Notes: generated by a model from the letters alone, not told the origin. Numbered from the stretch's first letter, positions 1-11,403 are shown. The stretch: 64,000 bases of DNA from Perkinsela sp. CCAP 1560/9 (GCA_965644495.1 CBFFSA010000001.1:2852001-2916000), one strand, 5' to 3'. Translations and numbers: made by a program.

Positions 1-856
1 TCTTGCGATCCTTGAGCGTGCGCGGGCGCTTGCGGTAGGACTTGGGCTTGTAGTCCGGTGCCTTCGCCTTCGCCCCCTCCTTCTGCTTCTTCTTCATCGG
101 GTCCGCACGAATCTCGGCATGGGCCTCACGATACATTCCCTCCAGCTTATCCGCCGTGATCCCTTTCGCCACGTACCGACTAAAATGCGCCTGGTACCGC
201 GCCGGGTCCTCCTGCTGCAACTTCTCCATGTACTTTGCCACATGGAGGCCAAAAATCCGCTCCCGGTGCACCTCCCCGTTCAACGTCTCACTCTCCTTGT
301 CATACCCCGGGAACCGGGTCTCACTGTGCGGGACGTTCACCCCCCCATCCACCACCCCTTTCATTACGCCAAACACGCGGGCGCCGGTGGTGGTCCGGGT
401 CAGCCCGGTGTCCAGGATCGCCTTGAACGGGCGCCGCTCCTCCGCGCGGGTCTCCTCCTCGGGGTTGTAATACCCCCCATCGGGGCCGGTCACCCCGAGG
501 TAGTCCTTATCGAGGCCGAAGTGCGCCAACGTGCGGCGGGCCAGCAGCAGCCCGGTGCAGTAGCACGCGGCGTAGTTCGTGAGCCCGAGCTCGACGCCGT
601 AGGCCGGGAGCTCGTGGGCGTAGGCGGCCGCGACCACGCGGTCCCCGGTGAGCGTCGCGGCACAGATCTGCGCCACCACGTCGGTGTTGGTGATGCGGGC
701 GACGAGACGGTACTTCGGGGTGTTGTACTTGGTGCGGTCCTGGAGGACGAGCTTGCGGCGGGCCTGGTAGTCGGTCTTGCCCTCGCGACGGCGGCGGTAC
801 TTGACTTGGTAGCGCTTGAAGTAGGTGGAGTTTTTGACGACTTTGACGAAGACCAT
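1..856 (-). CDS. RPL5: 60S ribosomal protein L5 (uL18), 3' end runs off the window
   Basis: Not in the ORF track. Manual translation from ATG at 856 gives [51 protein letters not shown]...[18 protein letters not shown]...[16 protein letters not shown], the canonical uL18 sequence. Confidence 0.97.
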   Translation of the reverse strand, partial: MVFVKVVKNSTYFKRYQVKYRRRREGKTDYQARRKLVLQDRTKYNTPKYRLVARITNTDVVAQICAATLTGDRVVAAAYAHELPAYGVELGLTNYAACYCTGLLLARRTLAHFGLDKDYLGVTGPDGGYYNPEEETRAEERRPFKAILDTGLTRTTTGARVFGVMKGVVDGGVNVPHSETRFPGYDKESETLNGEVHRERIFGLHVAKYMEKLQQEDPARYQAHFSRYVAKGITADKLEGMYREAHAEIRADPMKKKQKEGAKAKAPDYKPKSYRKRPRTLKDRK

Positions 857-1166
857 GGGGAGGGAGGGAGGGAGGGGGTGGAGGTGAGAGAAAGAGAAGA
901 GAAAAAAAGGGTGAAGAGGAGGGAGAAAAAAAGGTGAGGAAGGGATGGAGGGTGGGTAAGGGTGTAGGGGAAATGTTGTGTGGAGGGAAAGGAATACGAA
1001 TACAGGGTTTTTGATTTGAAATGTTTTTTTTCTATTTTTGAAGAAAGGTACATATTAAGCTTGTATACAAAGGTTTTGAGTTCAAAAGCATACAAACGTT
1101 TTGTGGATGGCCACGTTAGCGTGTGCGTTGGTTGGCGGATCCATCTGACCCACAACATGAAAATCC

Positions 1167-2033
1167 TTAGGTTTGATTCTCATCCTGCTTGTGATCCTCC
1201 GTAGAATCGTGCGCGTGGACGGATTTTTTATCGTTTTCAAGTGGGTTGTCTTCCTCCTCATGTGACAACTCTACTGAAAAATAGGAGGACACAAAGTGAG
1301 TTAGGAAAAGAATTGCTCCACATCCTAAAATGCGTAGTTCATTTCCGCTGTATGGGGTTCGGCTGGTATTTGTTGTGGAGTAGGGTACGTAGTGAGCCTC
1401 TAACCTCCATTCATGAGACTTAGAGAGCTGAGATTGTATCTGCGGAAACTCTTGGACAGTAAAATTGCGGTAGGATTCTGGAAGCATGGAAATAAACTCC
1501 AACACAGATGATGTCGCACTTAGACACAATACTGATGATCCACAACGAAAAAGTGCATTGCTCCACGCACGAAACTCGCTTTTGAATTTCAAAAAGAGAT
1601 ATTCATCAGGCTCAATATCTGGAGGTGCCCTCCGAGTTTCCTGACTCCGTATCGGGTGTAGCCAGCGTTGCCACAATGTCAATTTGTCACGTCGTATGGT
1701 TTCTATTTCCTCGGGATGGTGGTACAAATAGATGCTCCAAAGGAGAGGACACAAAACGTTCTCGAGGTATGATAAATAAATAATGGCGATACCTGTTGCA
1801 CCGAAGAGGCGTCGCGCAATTTCTTCGATGCCTACCAGCGATGCAGAACGAGATGCAATGGAGATAGAGGGATCGTTATGCGGAGAACAGTGAATCGTGT
1901 AACAAAGATTTTGCACAAGAGAGAACCAACTCGCAGCTATTGTTGCTTGCGGGGACAAATATCGTATGGTGCCGTATTTCGAAGAGCTATCTTTAACACT
2001 GACACGCGGTGGTAAATGTAAACCACAGTTCAT
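1167..2033 (-). CDS. hypothetical protein, possibly membrane-associated
   Basis: Long ORF on the coding strand, first ATG at 2033, several hydrophobic segments; no family recognised. Confidence 0.6.
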   Translation of the reverse strand: MNCGLHLPPRVSVKDSSSKYGTIRYLSPQATIAASWFSLVQNLCYTIHCSPHNDPSISIASRSASLVGIEEIARRLFGATGIAIIYLSYLENVLCPLLWSIYLYHHPEEIETIRRDKLTLWQRWLHPIRSQETRRAPPDIEPDEYLFLKFKSEFRAWSNALFRCGSSVLCLSATSSVLEFISMLPESYRNFTVQEFPQIQSQLSKSHEWRLEAHYVPYSTTNTSRTPYSGNELRILGCGAILFLTHFVSSYFSVELSHEEEDNPLENDKKSVHAHDSTEDHKQDENQT

Positions 2034-2578
2034 ATCGTATTGTAAGGATGATGAAAAAGCAGTCACTAAAGCCGTTAGGGATGAGTAATATACGTACTAG
2101 AGGAGACTATAGTGCAAATACGTTAGTTGTCTCTAATTTCAAATATTGACCGTTACATGAGAATATTATTAGATTCGTGGTGAATTGCATTGCATGTGAA
2201 TTTGGCTTGGTTTCAACGTGAACAGCTATGATTTAAAACTTAAAGGCAAACCTCGTTAAGATTCATATTTACGATACTTGTGAATGGTAAGAAAAGACGA
2301 CAACCCACGAATATTATTTTGCAAATGGGTAAACAACTTCTGCACATTATGCAAAGACTAAATCAGGTTAAATTCCGTCCTATAGTTTGAGATAAAAAAC
2401 ATAAGTACATACTACATATCTCGTTGCACCTTTGTCCTACATGAATGAAATCAAAATGACCATAGATTCTTGTTTGTATACCTTGACGTAGAAATATGAT
2501 GAGAGCACATAATTCCAGATAAATAATCAAACCCTAAAAAGATTTCGTGCTCCATTTTACCCCTTGTCATTTCCTGTC

Positions 2579-2929
2579 TTACTGCTCCTCACGCGCGGCA
2601 AGACGTGCGGCGCGTTTCTCCTTGTCCACTTCGTAGAGCTCCTTAAACTCAGGGGTTTTCACAACCCACACCTGCAGACGGCCTACATCCCGGCGCGCAT
2701 CCTCATCCTGCTCATCAACACGAGAGGTGCGAAGTTTGGTAACTTTGCAGTAGCCCGAGGTGCAGAGAATGTCAGCAACAGAGGCAACGCGATCGACACT
2801 GTAGCCAAGACCGCTGATAACAATTTCCTTCTCGCCCTCGTCAAGGAGTCGCTTGATGACAGCCATGTAGGTAAACAGAGGGCGTCGGGAAGACACGTTG
2901 ACCACGTTGTTCGGCTTGGTAGCAGACAT
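2579..2929 (-). CDS. Alba-domain RNA-binding protein
   Basis: MSATKPNNVVNVSSRRPLFTYMAVIKRLL..EIVISGLGYSVDRVASVADIL..KLRTS..LQVWVVKTPEF matches the Alba fold pattern of kinetoplastid ALBA proteins. Confidence 0.85.
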   Translation of the reverse strand: MSATKPNNVVNVSSRRPLFTYMAVIKRLLDEGEKEIVISGLGYSVDRVASVADILCTSGYCKVTKLRTSRVDEQDEDARRDVGRLQVWVVKTPEFKELYEVDKEKRAARLAAREEQ

Positions 2930-3459
2930 AGAATAAGAGTTAGGTGAAAGGTTGGTAGAGGTATAGAAGGGAGATTTAGTAAAAGAATTCTGATCCAAAG
3001 TAAAGGCTATGCTAACTGTGGAAAGCAAAAGGGGCTAAGAATAGTTCTTTCAGTCAAACTTAGAGGGTCAAAGTAGGTAGTATGAGCAAAAACCAAAAAT
3101 AAGAGTATGCACGGATAACAATGTACGTTAGAGTTTATCTTTTTCTAACCGTACTCTAAAATTGTTCATTTATGGAAACAAATGTGGTAGTAAACTAACG
3201 GCAATGGTGAATTTTTTTTAAAGTCTTTTTTTTAAAACGCGGCATTGCCTCTATATTTTTACCCAGTAGACGAACCAAGTAGGTCCATTGGGGGGGGGTA
3301 CATATATGGTAGGATATGGTATATACCTATGGTATTTATATATGGTGAAAATAAGGGTAAAAAGACAGATAAAACAGAAACAAAATTCTATGAGGCTCAA
3401 AAAGAGTAAAACACAGTTGTGAAAAACTAAAAATTATTGTGCAAGATCGATTTCATATT

Positions 3460-6400
3460 TTATAACCCCAACAAAGTTGGCAGTGTTTTCCATCCTTCGG
3501 CAAGTGAATATCGGATACTTGTGCGTACATGTTCCGCCAACTTTTTATCTTTAGTATTAAGCCAAATTGAACACTCGTTCGTGATATATGAAACATTCTC
3601 ATCAAATTCAGTAGAAAGCAAGAAATGGCGCCATAAATATCCGACCAACACGGAAACAACTTCATGAACTAATGCTGAAAATAGAACGTCGCATCGAAAT
3701 CCGGACGGCTCTGATTTCATTTCTTGATTCGCAGAGCTACGTTTTTGTTCTATGCAGTCAAGCCGTGATTCAGAATCGTTCGTTTTCACAGGGTATACAT
3801 TCCTTGTGTGACATTCCCGCAACCCACGCATGGAAAAACAACCTCCGGAAGGAAGATACAGAAATAAAGGTTCATCAGGATCAGAGTTGGTGTCTGTAGC
3901 ACACGTAAGAGATGGCCAGCAATACGGGTTAGTAGTGCTATTCCGCGAAAATGATGAAATAAGACTTTTTAACACAGCAGGCTTCAATTTTGAGAAGTAA
4001 AGTGCCAGAAGAGATCTTCGAAGCCAGATTTCAAAAGATTCATATTTTCTAACTTGTCCTGAGACATCCAAAGCAGAAAAAGTTTCAAACAAAATATCGA
4101 GTTCAACCCAATTTCGTTCATCAGGGATCGAAACGTCACAGCGTTCGATACACGAATCCTTTCTACCGTAACTCACAGTACTCATTTTCTCAGGGGTGGG
4201 TGCAAACTCGAGTCCTTGAAGTAGACCTACATTTTGTGACATGAAGGGTACAAAATATATCGATTTCACGGAATTTTGGAAAGTACACTTACCCACCGGA
4301 ATTATGGATGGAGAAATAGAGGTGCTAAAGCGGGTTGATGTCTGAGAATTACAAGCGTCATTGTATGCGACTAGAAGATTGGGAACTTCGAACAATTTAC
4401 TTTTCTCCCCCACCTGCTTCAGTCTTGGGCCGGGATATGCATCCCTTTTAGTCTCAGCGCTTGTACTCTGTAGAAAGTGACGACGTAGTACGGTATCGTA
4501 AAAACAAATAAGATCAGCGCTCAAGGAACAGCCTTTTAGCGCACGCTGCAGAAGAACTCTCAGAAAACAGTTGGGTGTAGAAGTGCGCACTTGATGAGCT
4601 GATTCTTTAAAGCGTTCATCTGTGTGAGTGGTATCTTTTCTTCCGTGTCCTATTGTACCAGGTAAAGTAATATAAAAATCAGAAGAAATACATCTTCTCG
4701 CGTTGTCATCTCTAGAAAGATATCTCCCTATGTAACGCAATATTGCAGTAGCCAAGTCTAGTCCCTGATCACTCGCATTCCTAGTAGACATCATTCCTTC
4801 TCGTATAGTGCTCTTGACAGGACACGTCATTCGCCGACCACCAGCTGCGTTTTGAGGCACCGAAAGAGGAGAAAACTCTTTAATGGAATTAGTAGAAAGA
4901 TCAATCATGTCCAAAATATCACACGGCATACAAAGTAGAACTACGCATCCCGTAGCCGCCGAAAAAGTAGAACGAAGACATGATTTTTGAGAATAATCTG
5001 AAGTTTTTCGAGCAACATCCCTCTCAACTCCTTCCAGTTCACTGGAACGCATTGACACATTCGAATTAGTTGGTGCACAAGTGGAATTGCACGGATAAAT
5101 CTCTGGAAGAAAATCAAGAAGTTTTTCGTAGGCACTGTTCGAAAAACAGCTACGGACGAGGTCTTTACTCGTGTCGTACGGCTCATATACAATAATGAAT
5201 CGCATCGCTCTGGAATTACACGTAATCTGTTGAAATATATTAAAAAGATAATCAGAAAAACCCTTGCGCTCGTAGACAAGAAAGCGATCATTCTTATTAT
5301 TGGACTCCCGAGTGAAAGGACAATCGCTTAGTTTGATATTTTGAGACCGGTTGCTGCGGGCACAGCGAAAATTCGCAAAGTTCGATGGTTCGCCGATAAG
5401 ATTTTTAGAAAGTGCGCATCCTGGACGACAGAGAAGTACTTCATACTGCTCCATCCTTTCCGTCGAACCTGCGCCGTCAAACTTCTTGGCAGCGTAGAGA
5501 TGAAGAGATCTCTCATTCCACCTTGAAGATGTGAATGAATCAAGTCCCAAAGCAACTTTGAAAAAGGGAATGGCTACGTGATTGAAAAACTCGGTAGACC
5601 AAATTCCTCCCGAGCAGAGAGTAAGCTGAAGCACTGCAGAATATTTGCAGAACGAAGTAAGATTTCGGTGTTGAATCGGCAGCGATGCCGGGAGCCGAGA
5701 ACTAGGCTGATTAGTCTGCAAAGCCTCCACACGCAAGGTAGGGTTACCCCTCGCGCGGTATTCGCCACCCGAAAAGATCTTTGAAACAAAGTCGAGATCA
5801 AATAAGAGTGCAGAAGGCGATATTTCTTTTGCCTTTCTTAACTTCCTTTCCATCTTTGACAAGAATTCACAATCGTCCTTGCTTTTTTTCTTCGAACGTT
5901 CAAACGCTTTTTTCAATATTTTCGTAGTCATAGTTTCTATGTCACATTCTCCTGAAGGGGCACAGCTTTGGCTTTTATGCAATCGATATGCTAATACGCA
6001 ATCCATACGCGAGGAGAGAACACGAAGTTGATGAGAAGCATGAGCGAAATGAATTTGTGCGTAAACCATTTTCTTCAACTGCTCAAGATGACGAACCAAT
6101 GCGTCTGAAATACATTCTTTGGCAGTCGAATACGTTTCGCCAGTAGAAAGTTCATGCCCCCCTAAGACATATGAGGCGAAATTCACGTCCCAGACCCTAC
6201 CTCCATGCAGGAAAAAATAATCTAGTCTAAGTGGGGTCCAAAGAAAATGCAATAAACTACGTAGGTTCGTGCCTGCTATAACCGTGCATGGTGTCAACAG
6301 AGATTGTAACTGTTCACTATCCTTCGATGCAATCGCCATTTCGCTAATCTTAATTTGCAAAACAGTGTTCTCATTACTCAGAACGACCAGCGTAAACTCA

Positions 6401-8163
6401 GGATTAATTTTCTGCTTCCCTTCCTTGTCCGTGCAATCATGCTTCTTTTGTAGATATACAACTAGTAAGTTACTATAGGCGAGCAATTCCTTGTCTTGCA
6501 GTCTGCCTCGATCAGACTGCATCCAACTCAAGCGAATGTATTCCATAAATGCAGAAGCATATTGATCTCGATACGGTCGAAGCTTTCGTGTGGATGGAAA
6601 CATGGAACTGGAACGCAAAAGCTTACGGGGATTCCCCGTGGCTTTCGTAAGTTCCTTTTCCGGAACTTCCGAACACTGTTCAGAAATCGTTTCTTGATTT
6701 GCTAGCGTTTCCTCCAATGCAGGCTCTGAATAAACAGCTGCAGCGGCTTGCCTTTGAACGCATTCATATTGGGCATGTAGAATACGGTTGGGCGATACAG
6801 CGCAAGACAATTTTTTCCACACGATCTGAGCGTGCATAAGGGGATTGGGATCCAATTGAGCTTTCCGGGCCCTCTTCCCAGGCAAGACATTAGCACAATC
6901 GGTTGTGATTACATTGTTTGTGCTTGACACACCTTCAAAATCGCATTGCTTAGTGTGCTTCAAGGGTTCGGCCTTCGCCTCTTCTACATTTCTTTGATGT
7001 TCAAGTTTAGCATCAGATGAACACAAAGAGAATTTCATCCCTGTAGATGGTGACCACTGCCGATGTTTGTGTCCCGCTTTTAGATACTGTGAGGCAGCCA
7101 GAAAGCGCTCTACTGGAAGTACATGTAACACTCGAAAGATTGTGTGTTCGTTCAACTTCTGCACGATGCCGCCAATTTCCCGTACGTCAACGTCTTCGCA
7201 AAAGATGGGCAATTTTAAAGGATGAAACTTAGACTTCTCGTCCTCTTTTGGAATAAAACCTCCACAATCTGCGGAATCATGTTTCGTATCATTTTGGGGG
7301 AACGCGCCTTCAGCTGTATCCACTGCCGCAATTGGAATCAAGACTATATTACACGGCACTGTATATTTAAGGCGCAAACATTCGTAGACTTGTGCAACGG
7401 CACCGCTGAAATTCGATTTCTTTTCTACTATATCGGCCTTTTGTGGAGAGGAGCCGTGAACTAGAGTGCCTTCAGTACTGCCTTCTGACAAGCGGCGGTA
7501 CCGGAATAGACATACGTGTAGTGGCCACCAAATATGACTGTAAAATTCTCGATCAGTGAATTTCAAAGCGCGTACTAAGCGGGCAATTATTTCAGCTTTT
7601 TCGCGTGCTGTGGTGTCCAGGATAAAGTCCTGAGAAAAGTTCGATTTTTGCAACGGTTGTTTTTCTTGTTGTGCACTTGATGGAATGTTATTGCATTTGA
7701 CTGTTTCGGTCGAGTTTTCTGCACTACTTTCTCCTATATTGTAACCGATACCCGGGGTTGGTTCGACTCTTTGATCTTTCAAATTCTCCAGCGGACGATT
7801 GCCCTCCATGATTTCCACCAGAAGTTTCACTTTGCTTGGTAGTTCAGACTTTTGCTGTACCATTGTGAAAATATCTACTAGAAATGGTGTTTCGAGAAGA
7901 GAAGCTGCCGTAATAACTGGACTCCAAATTTTATACGGCAATATCATGGCTGTTGCACCTCTCGCATTCATTGCTTGACGATGTATCCATTGTTGAACAG
8001 CACAAACTGTAAGCTTCTGAGAAACATTAAAAACAAAGCTTTCTTGAGATCTAACGTGGTGTACAGCCATTTCACTCGGGTTTTTGCCATTCCACCCCAA
8101 AGTAAATATCGTTGCCGTGGGTAGCATTCCTACTCGGAACCTCTGCTTTTGCCCTCCGAACAT
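3460..8163 (-). CDS. divergent mitochondrial DNA polymerase I-like protein (POLIB/C/D family), catalytic motifs degenerate
   Basis: GGRVWDVNFASYVLGG (exonuclease-region motif), QLRVLSSRMDCVLA and C-terminal LVGYLWRHFL...YITNECSIWL resemble kinetoplastid Pol I paralogues (GRVWCTQ.AEYLL, HRMD.LLA, MLGRLWRHF...VHDSVW) as recalled. First ATG at 8163. Confidence 0.6.
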   Translation of the reverse strand: MFGGQKQRFRVGMLPTATIFTLGWNGKNPSEMAVHHVRSQESFVFNVSQKLTVCAVQQWIHRQAMNARGATAMILPYKIWSPVITAASLLETPFLVDIFTMVQQKSELPSKVKLLVEIMEGNRPLENLKDQRVEPTPGIGYNIGESSAENSTETVKCNNIPSSAQQEKQPLQKSNFSQDFILDTTAREKAEIIARLVRALKFTDREFYSHIWWPLHVCLFRYRRLSEGSTEGTLVHGSSPQKADIVEKKSNFSGAVAQVYECLRLKYTVPCNIVLIPIAAVDTAEGAFPQNDTKHDSADCGGFIPKEDEKSKFHPLKLPIFCEDVDVREIGGIVQKLNEHTIFRVLHVLPVERFLAASQYLKAGHKHRQWSPSTGMKFSLCSSDAKLEHQRNVEEAKAEPLKHTKQCDFEGVSSTNNVITTDCANVLPGKRARKAQLDPNPLMHAQIVWKKLSCAVSPNRILHAQYECVQRQAAAAVYSEPALEETLANQETISEQCSEVPEKELTKATGNPRKLLRSSSMFPSTRKLRPYRDQYASAFMEYIRLSWMQSDRGRLQDKELLAYSNLLVVYLQKKHDCTDKEGKQKINPEFTLVVLSNENTVLQIKISEMAIASKDSEQLQSLLTPCTVIAGTNLRSLLHFLWTPLRLDYFFLHGGRVWDVNFASYVLGGHELSTGETYSTAKECISDALVRHLEQLKKMVYAQIHFAHASHQLRVLSSRMDCVLAYRLHKSQSCAPSGECDIETMTTKILKKAFERSKKKSKDDCEFLSKMERKLRKAKEISPSALLFDLDFVSKIFSGGEYRARGNPTLRVEALQTNQPSSRLPASLPIQHRNLTSFCKYSAVLQLTLCSGGIWSTEFFNHVAIPFFKVALGLDSFTSSRWNERSLHLYAAKKFDGAGSTERMEQYEVLLCRPGCALSKNLIGEPSNFANFRCARSNRSQNIKLSDCPFTRESNNKNDRFLVYERKGFSDYLFNIFQQITCNSRAMRFIIVYEPYDTSKDLVRSCFSNSAYEKLLDFLPEIYPCNSTCAPTNSNVSMRSSELEGVERDVARKTSDYSQKSCLRSTFSAATGCVVLLCMPCDILDMIDLSTNSIKEFSPLSVPQNAAGGRRMTCPVKSTIREGMMSTRNASDQGLDLATAILRYIGRYLSRDDNARRCISSDFYITLPGTIGHGRKDTTHTDERFKESAHQVRTSTPNCFLRVLLQRALKGCSLSADLICFYDTVLRRHFLQSTSAETKRDAYPGPRLKQVGEKSKLFEVPNLLVAYNDACNSQTSTRFSTSISPSIIPVGKCTFQNSVKSIYFVPFMSQNVGLLQGLEFAPTPEKMSTVSYGRKDSCIERCDVSIPDERNWVELDILFETFSALDVSGQVRKYESFEIWLRRSLLALYFSKLKPAVLKSLISSFSRNSTTNPYCWPSLTCATDTNSDPDEPLFLYLPSGGCFSMRGLRECHTRNVYPVKTNDSESRLDCIEQKRSSANQEMKSEPSGFRCDVLFSALVHEVVSVLVGYLWRHFLLSTEFDENVSYITNECSIWLNTKDKKLAEHVRTSIRYSLAEGWKTLPTLLGL

Positions 8164-8546
8164 ACGTGTATGAACTTCCGATAGAAAACCGTAGGAAGGC
8201 AAAAGGCACTTGTTGTATCGAATTTTTACCTCTTATGTGAAAGATTTAAGCATAATTATTGCAATTCTTCTTATTATCTTCTTCTTCTTATCTGACAGTC
8301 ATAAATATACAAACACGCATAAAGATTCCTTTACAAGCCTTGTCGAAATGAGTTTTGCAAGTGAGATTTCATTGATGTTCGAATACATGATATGTACTGA
8401 TGACGCCCCTCTAACACTGTCAAAATATTCAAAAGTAAAATGCATCAAGGGAGTAAAGTATTCTCAGATACTTAGAAGAGCATGTGGCTAAACACCACGA
8501 AGGCATAAAACACAATGCATATCACAGAGTATGATTGCCCGAAATT

Positions 8547-10100
8547 TTATTGAGCTTCCGTCTTGAATGACGAAAACCAGGCACGCGCCGTTGTAAGAAG
8601 TTCCTGACATCTGCAAACCTCCGAAAAATTAGGACGATGTGTCCGAACAGGAATTGTGTGAACTCGGGGATCGCTTAGTTCAATCGGACAACCTGAATAG
8701 CGCAAAATATTACGGTTTGCCGGACCAGGAACGCCTAACAGAAGCAAAGAACACTTTTGAATGTGTTCCCCCCATTCCTCCAATGTTGTACGGATATCTT
8801 CAATCCAACGTGTCTCTTGGCTTCGTCGTATTTGAGTCCCCGCACTACGGCCACAGTGACCTGCACTGGACTCATGAGTGCTCTGCCTACCGCCTTGCCC
8901 TTTTCTAACAACGTAGCGCTCAAAAGTTCGATGAACATGACAGGTCTTTCCATGAAATATCCCTCCGGAAAAATAACCCCCGTGAAATAAAACAATACAC
9001 CAGGGAGAGGTACTTAGCTCAGAGAGAGTTGAAAACAAATCAGGCAACTTGGGGTTCTTATCGGCGTGTAATTGAGCATTTACTTGGCGTAGATACTCTG
9101 TCTGAGTCAAACACTTAACGTCCTCGTGCGCTGCTGCATTGTACAAGCTGCTGCCTTCTTCTATTGGTGTGTAAGGGTCGGTACTATTGTCGATCGATCT
9201 AGATTTATCATTTTGAGAAATGCCTTCTAAGTTCGTGTCGCTTTCTCCAGGACTCGAGTAAGAACTCTGAAAACACCTCTGCAATGCGATACGCAACAAA
9301 AAAGTGTGGAGCTCTAGAACAAGAATATATTCTCTAGCCTCGTCTGCATTGGGAGATGCCAGATCACTCAATACACATACAATTTGCTCTGAAATCTCAG
9401 ATGAAGCGCTAATATCAATTCTGGAATTAAGTGTAAAATAGCAACGAATTAGAGCAGAATCTGTCACTGCCTCTACGTGACTCAAAGCCTTTATAGAGTG
9501 TACTGTACCTGCAGAATCGCGTATATAAATTTGATTATCATGATCAGGTAACGTCTGTTTACATCTAATGTGACTCGGGCTCCATAATCCCCACAAGGGA
9601 AAAACTTTTCTTGCACAATCGTTTTTCTGCGCTAAAATGTCGAGAAAAGATTTATGCATGTGTGGTCTAAGGTCCGCTTTTCCTTTAAACGGAGATTCAA
9701 ACTCATAGAGAGGATGTCCCCTATCGAGTTTGTTCGTCGAATTGTCTGTTTGTAAAAAATTGTGAGCAGTGGTTCTTTTCTGGTTTAAAGCGTGTTGATT
9801 TTTAAGACTTTGATTTTGGAGCAGCAGCTCCGTGGTGTCCGTTCTCTCTCTTAAACCGGCACGTTGACCTTTTTTTAGATTCCTGGCTTGCCCTGCCTTT
9901 TTTCGCGACAATTTTTCTTCGGTCTGTAGGCGTTGAATAACCTCCCGGTCTTCTTCGGTCATAATGTTTTCCGTATGTGTTTGAGCCACACTTTTATCGA
10001 AATCAATTGCGGAAGAAAGAGAGGTACGTGACGCTTGCTTTGCTGCTTCATACTTTTCTGCCAAAAGTTGGCGCACTTTTTGAAGCTCAGTCCAAACCAT
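8547..10100 (-). CDS. Vms1/ANKZF1-family (VLRF1 domain) ribosome quality-control factor
   Basis: WCIVLFHGGYFSGGIF...HRTFERYVVRKGQGGRQS...SAGTQIRR...IRTTLEEW..PANRNIL. ATG at 10100. Confidence 0.88.
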   Translation of the reverse strand: MVWTELQKVRQLLAEKYEAAKQASRTSLSSAIDFDKSVAQTHTENIMTEEDREVIQRLQTEEKLSRKKAGQARNLKKGQRAGLRERTDTTELLLQNQSLKNQHALNQKRTTAHNFLQTDNSTNKLDRGHPLYEFESPFKGKADLRPHMHKSFLDILAQKNDCARKVFPLWGLWSPSHIRCKQTLPDHDNQIYIRDSAGTVHSIKALSHVEAVTDSALIRCYFTLNSRIDISASSEISEQIVCVLSDLASPNADEAREYILVLELHTFLLRIALQRCFQSSYSSPGESDTNLEGISQNDKSRSIDNSTDPYTPIEEGSSLYNAAAHEDVKCLTQTEYLRQVNAQLHADKNPKLPDLFSTLSELSTSPWCIVLFHGGYFSGGIFHGKTCHVHRTFERYVVRKGQGGRQSTHESSAGHCGRSAGTQIRRSQETRWIEDIRTTLEEWGEHIQKCSLLLLGVPGPANRNILRYSGCPIELSDPRVHTIPVRTHRPNFSEVCRCQELLTTARAWFSSFKTEAQ

Positions 10101-11403
10101 AAGGAAGTAAATCTGCTGGATGCTAATGAAGACACTATTGTTTGTAAATATGGGATATACCAAGACAGGAGCGCACGCTATTCATGACAAATCAAACTTT
10201 GCGCACAAATACTATAATTTTGGGTACAGATGGTTCAAAAAAAGAGTTTAGAATTTGATATCGGAGCTCTCAAGCCTCAAAATCACATTTTTGATGTACT
10301 TCAACAATTGCGTATAATCTATACGTAATGGTTTCATAATAAAAAATTTAAATGGTTCTTAATATGGTTCACAATGGAGGTTCCGGGGTCGAGGGAAATT
10401 ACAATCACCTCTCTAAAAAACTCTAAAAACACCTTGATTTACTCTAAGCATGTCACTTCAACTTCTTGACTTACTTGCTTCTTGAGAAATCAAGTTAGTG
10501 TTGTTCTTCTGTTGCATAGGATGAAAAATGATCAGAAATGTCATCAAATCTTCAGCGACACCTTCCTCACCAGGCGATGACCCAGATTGGACATTGATTC
10601 CTCCATTGACTCCAGCGAAAATTCTCTAATCAGTGAGCATAAATGGAGTGGAGACGGGCTTGTGGCGCACGAGCAGTCATCTGGTAACATATAGGCTCGT
10701 AGAGGCACTAAATAGAGGCACTACGTTCGTAGAGGCACTAAGATCTCGGAGAGGATGGAGCGTCTATGAGGACACTGCAAAAATAAAGGCAAACGTGTAA
10801 TTTCGGTCGAAGTGAAACTAGTATGAACCCCTCTCTTCTCAGGAAAACTATGATCTTGTGGAGGATGAGTTCATAGGCAAAGGTACCACACAAGAAACGG
10901 AAACCGCCCGTAAGAAAGACGACCAGAGGACTCCACCTTGGCGTTCCGGCCTACAGAACCTCCGTACTAACCCCCCCACAGACTCATTAATTCATGAAAA
11001 TACTGAAAATAATACGCTGGCCATCCCCGAACTCACATCTAATGAAGTGCGGAGAAATGAAACAATGGAACGCACTCTTCGTAGGCGAATCGAACGCCTG
11101 CAAGAGAAACTACGTTTACGTATCCAATAACTAAACCTTGTTAGCCGCAGCGGCAAGCAAGAGGCACGGTATGAAGAGCTGACCTACTTCTTCAAAATCA
11201 AAGCATCAATTTATTAGTATTCCAATAAACCGTAAAGACGCTGCTTCTGCAAAATCTACACTCTTCAACGCTAGTAGTTTAAAAAAGACCAAAGGAGCCA
11301 CTAAAACTAAAATTTCTTGGAAAAAATAAAAGAAGCTTTTGGTCGATATTTACTACTTACTTACTACAATAGCAACGGACAATTCATCAATTGGATTGAG
11401 ACA

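Noticed and set aside
119-1158. Track ORFs 119-937(+) and 490-1158(-)
   Set aside because: Antisense or off-frame shadows of GC-rich RPL5; the real frame is missing from the track, probably because it has no stop inside the window.
4985-5005. DYSQ in the Pol I-like ORF as polymerase motif A
   Set aside because: Context (KTSDYSQKSC) lacks the preceding beta-strand and the following xE, and the spacing to the C-terminal block fits poorly; likely coincidental.
10858-11130. 90-aa + strand ORF with coiled-coil-like end
   Set aside because: Antisense, GTG start, no recognisable motif; cannot be supported as a gene or TE.
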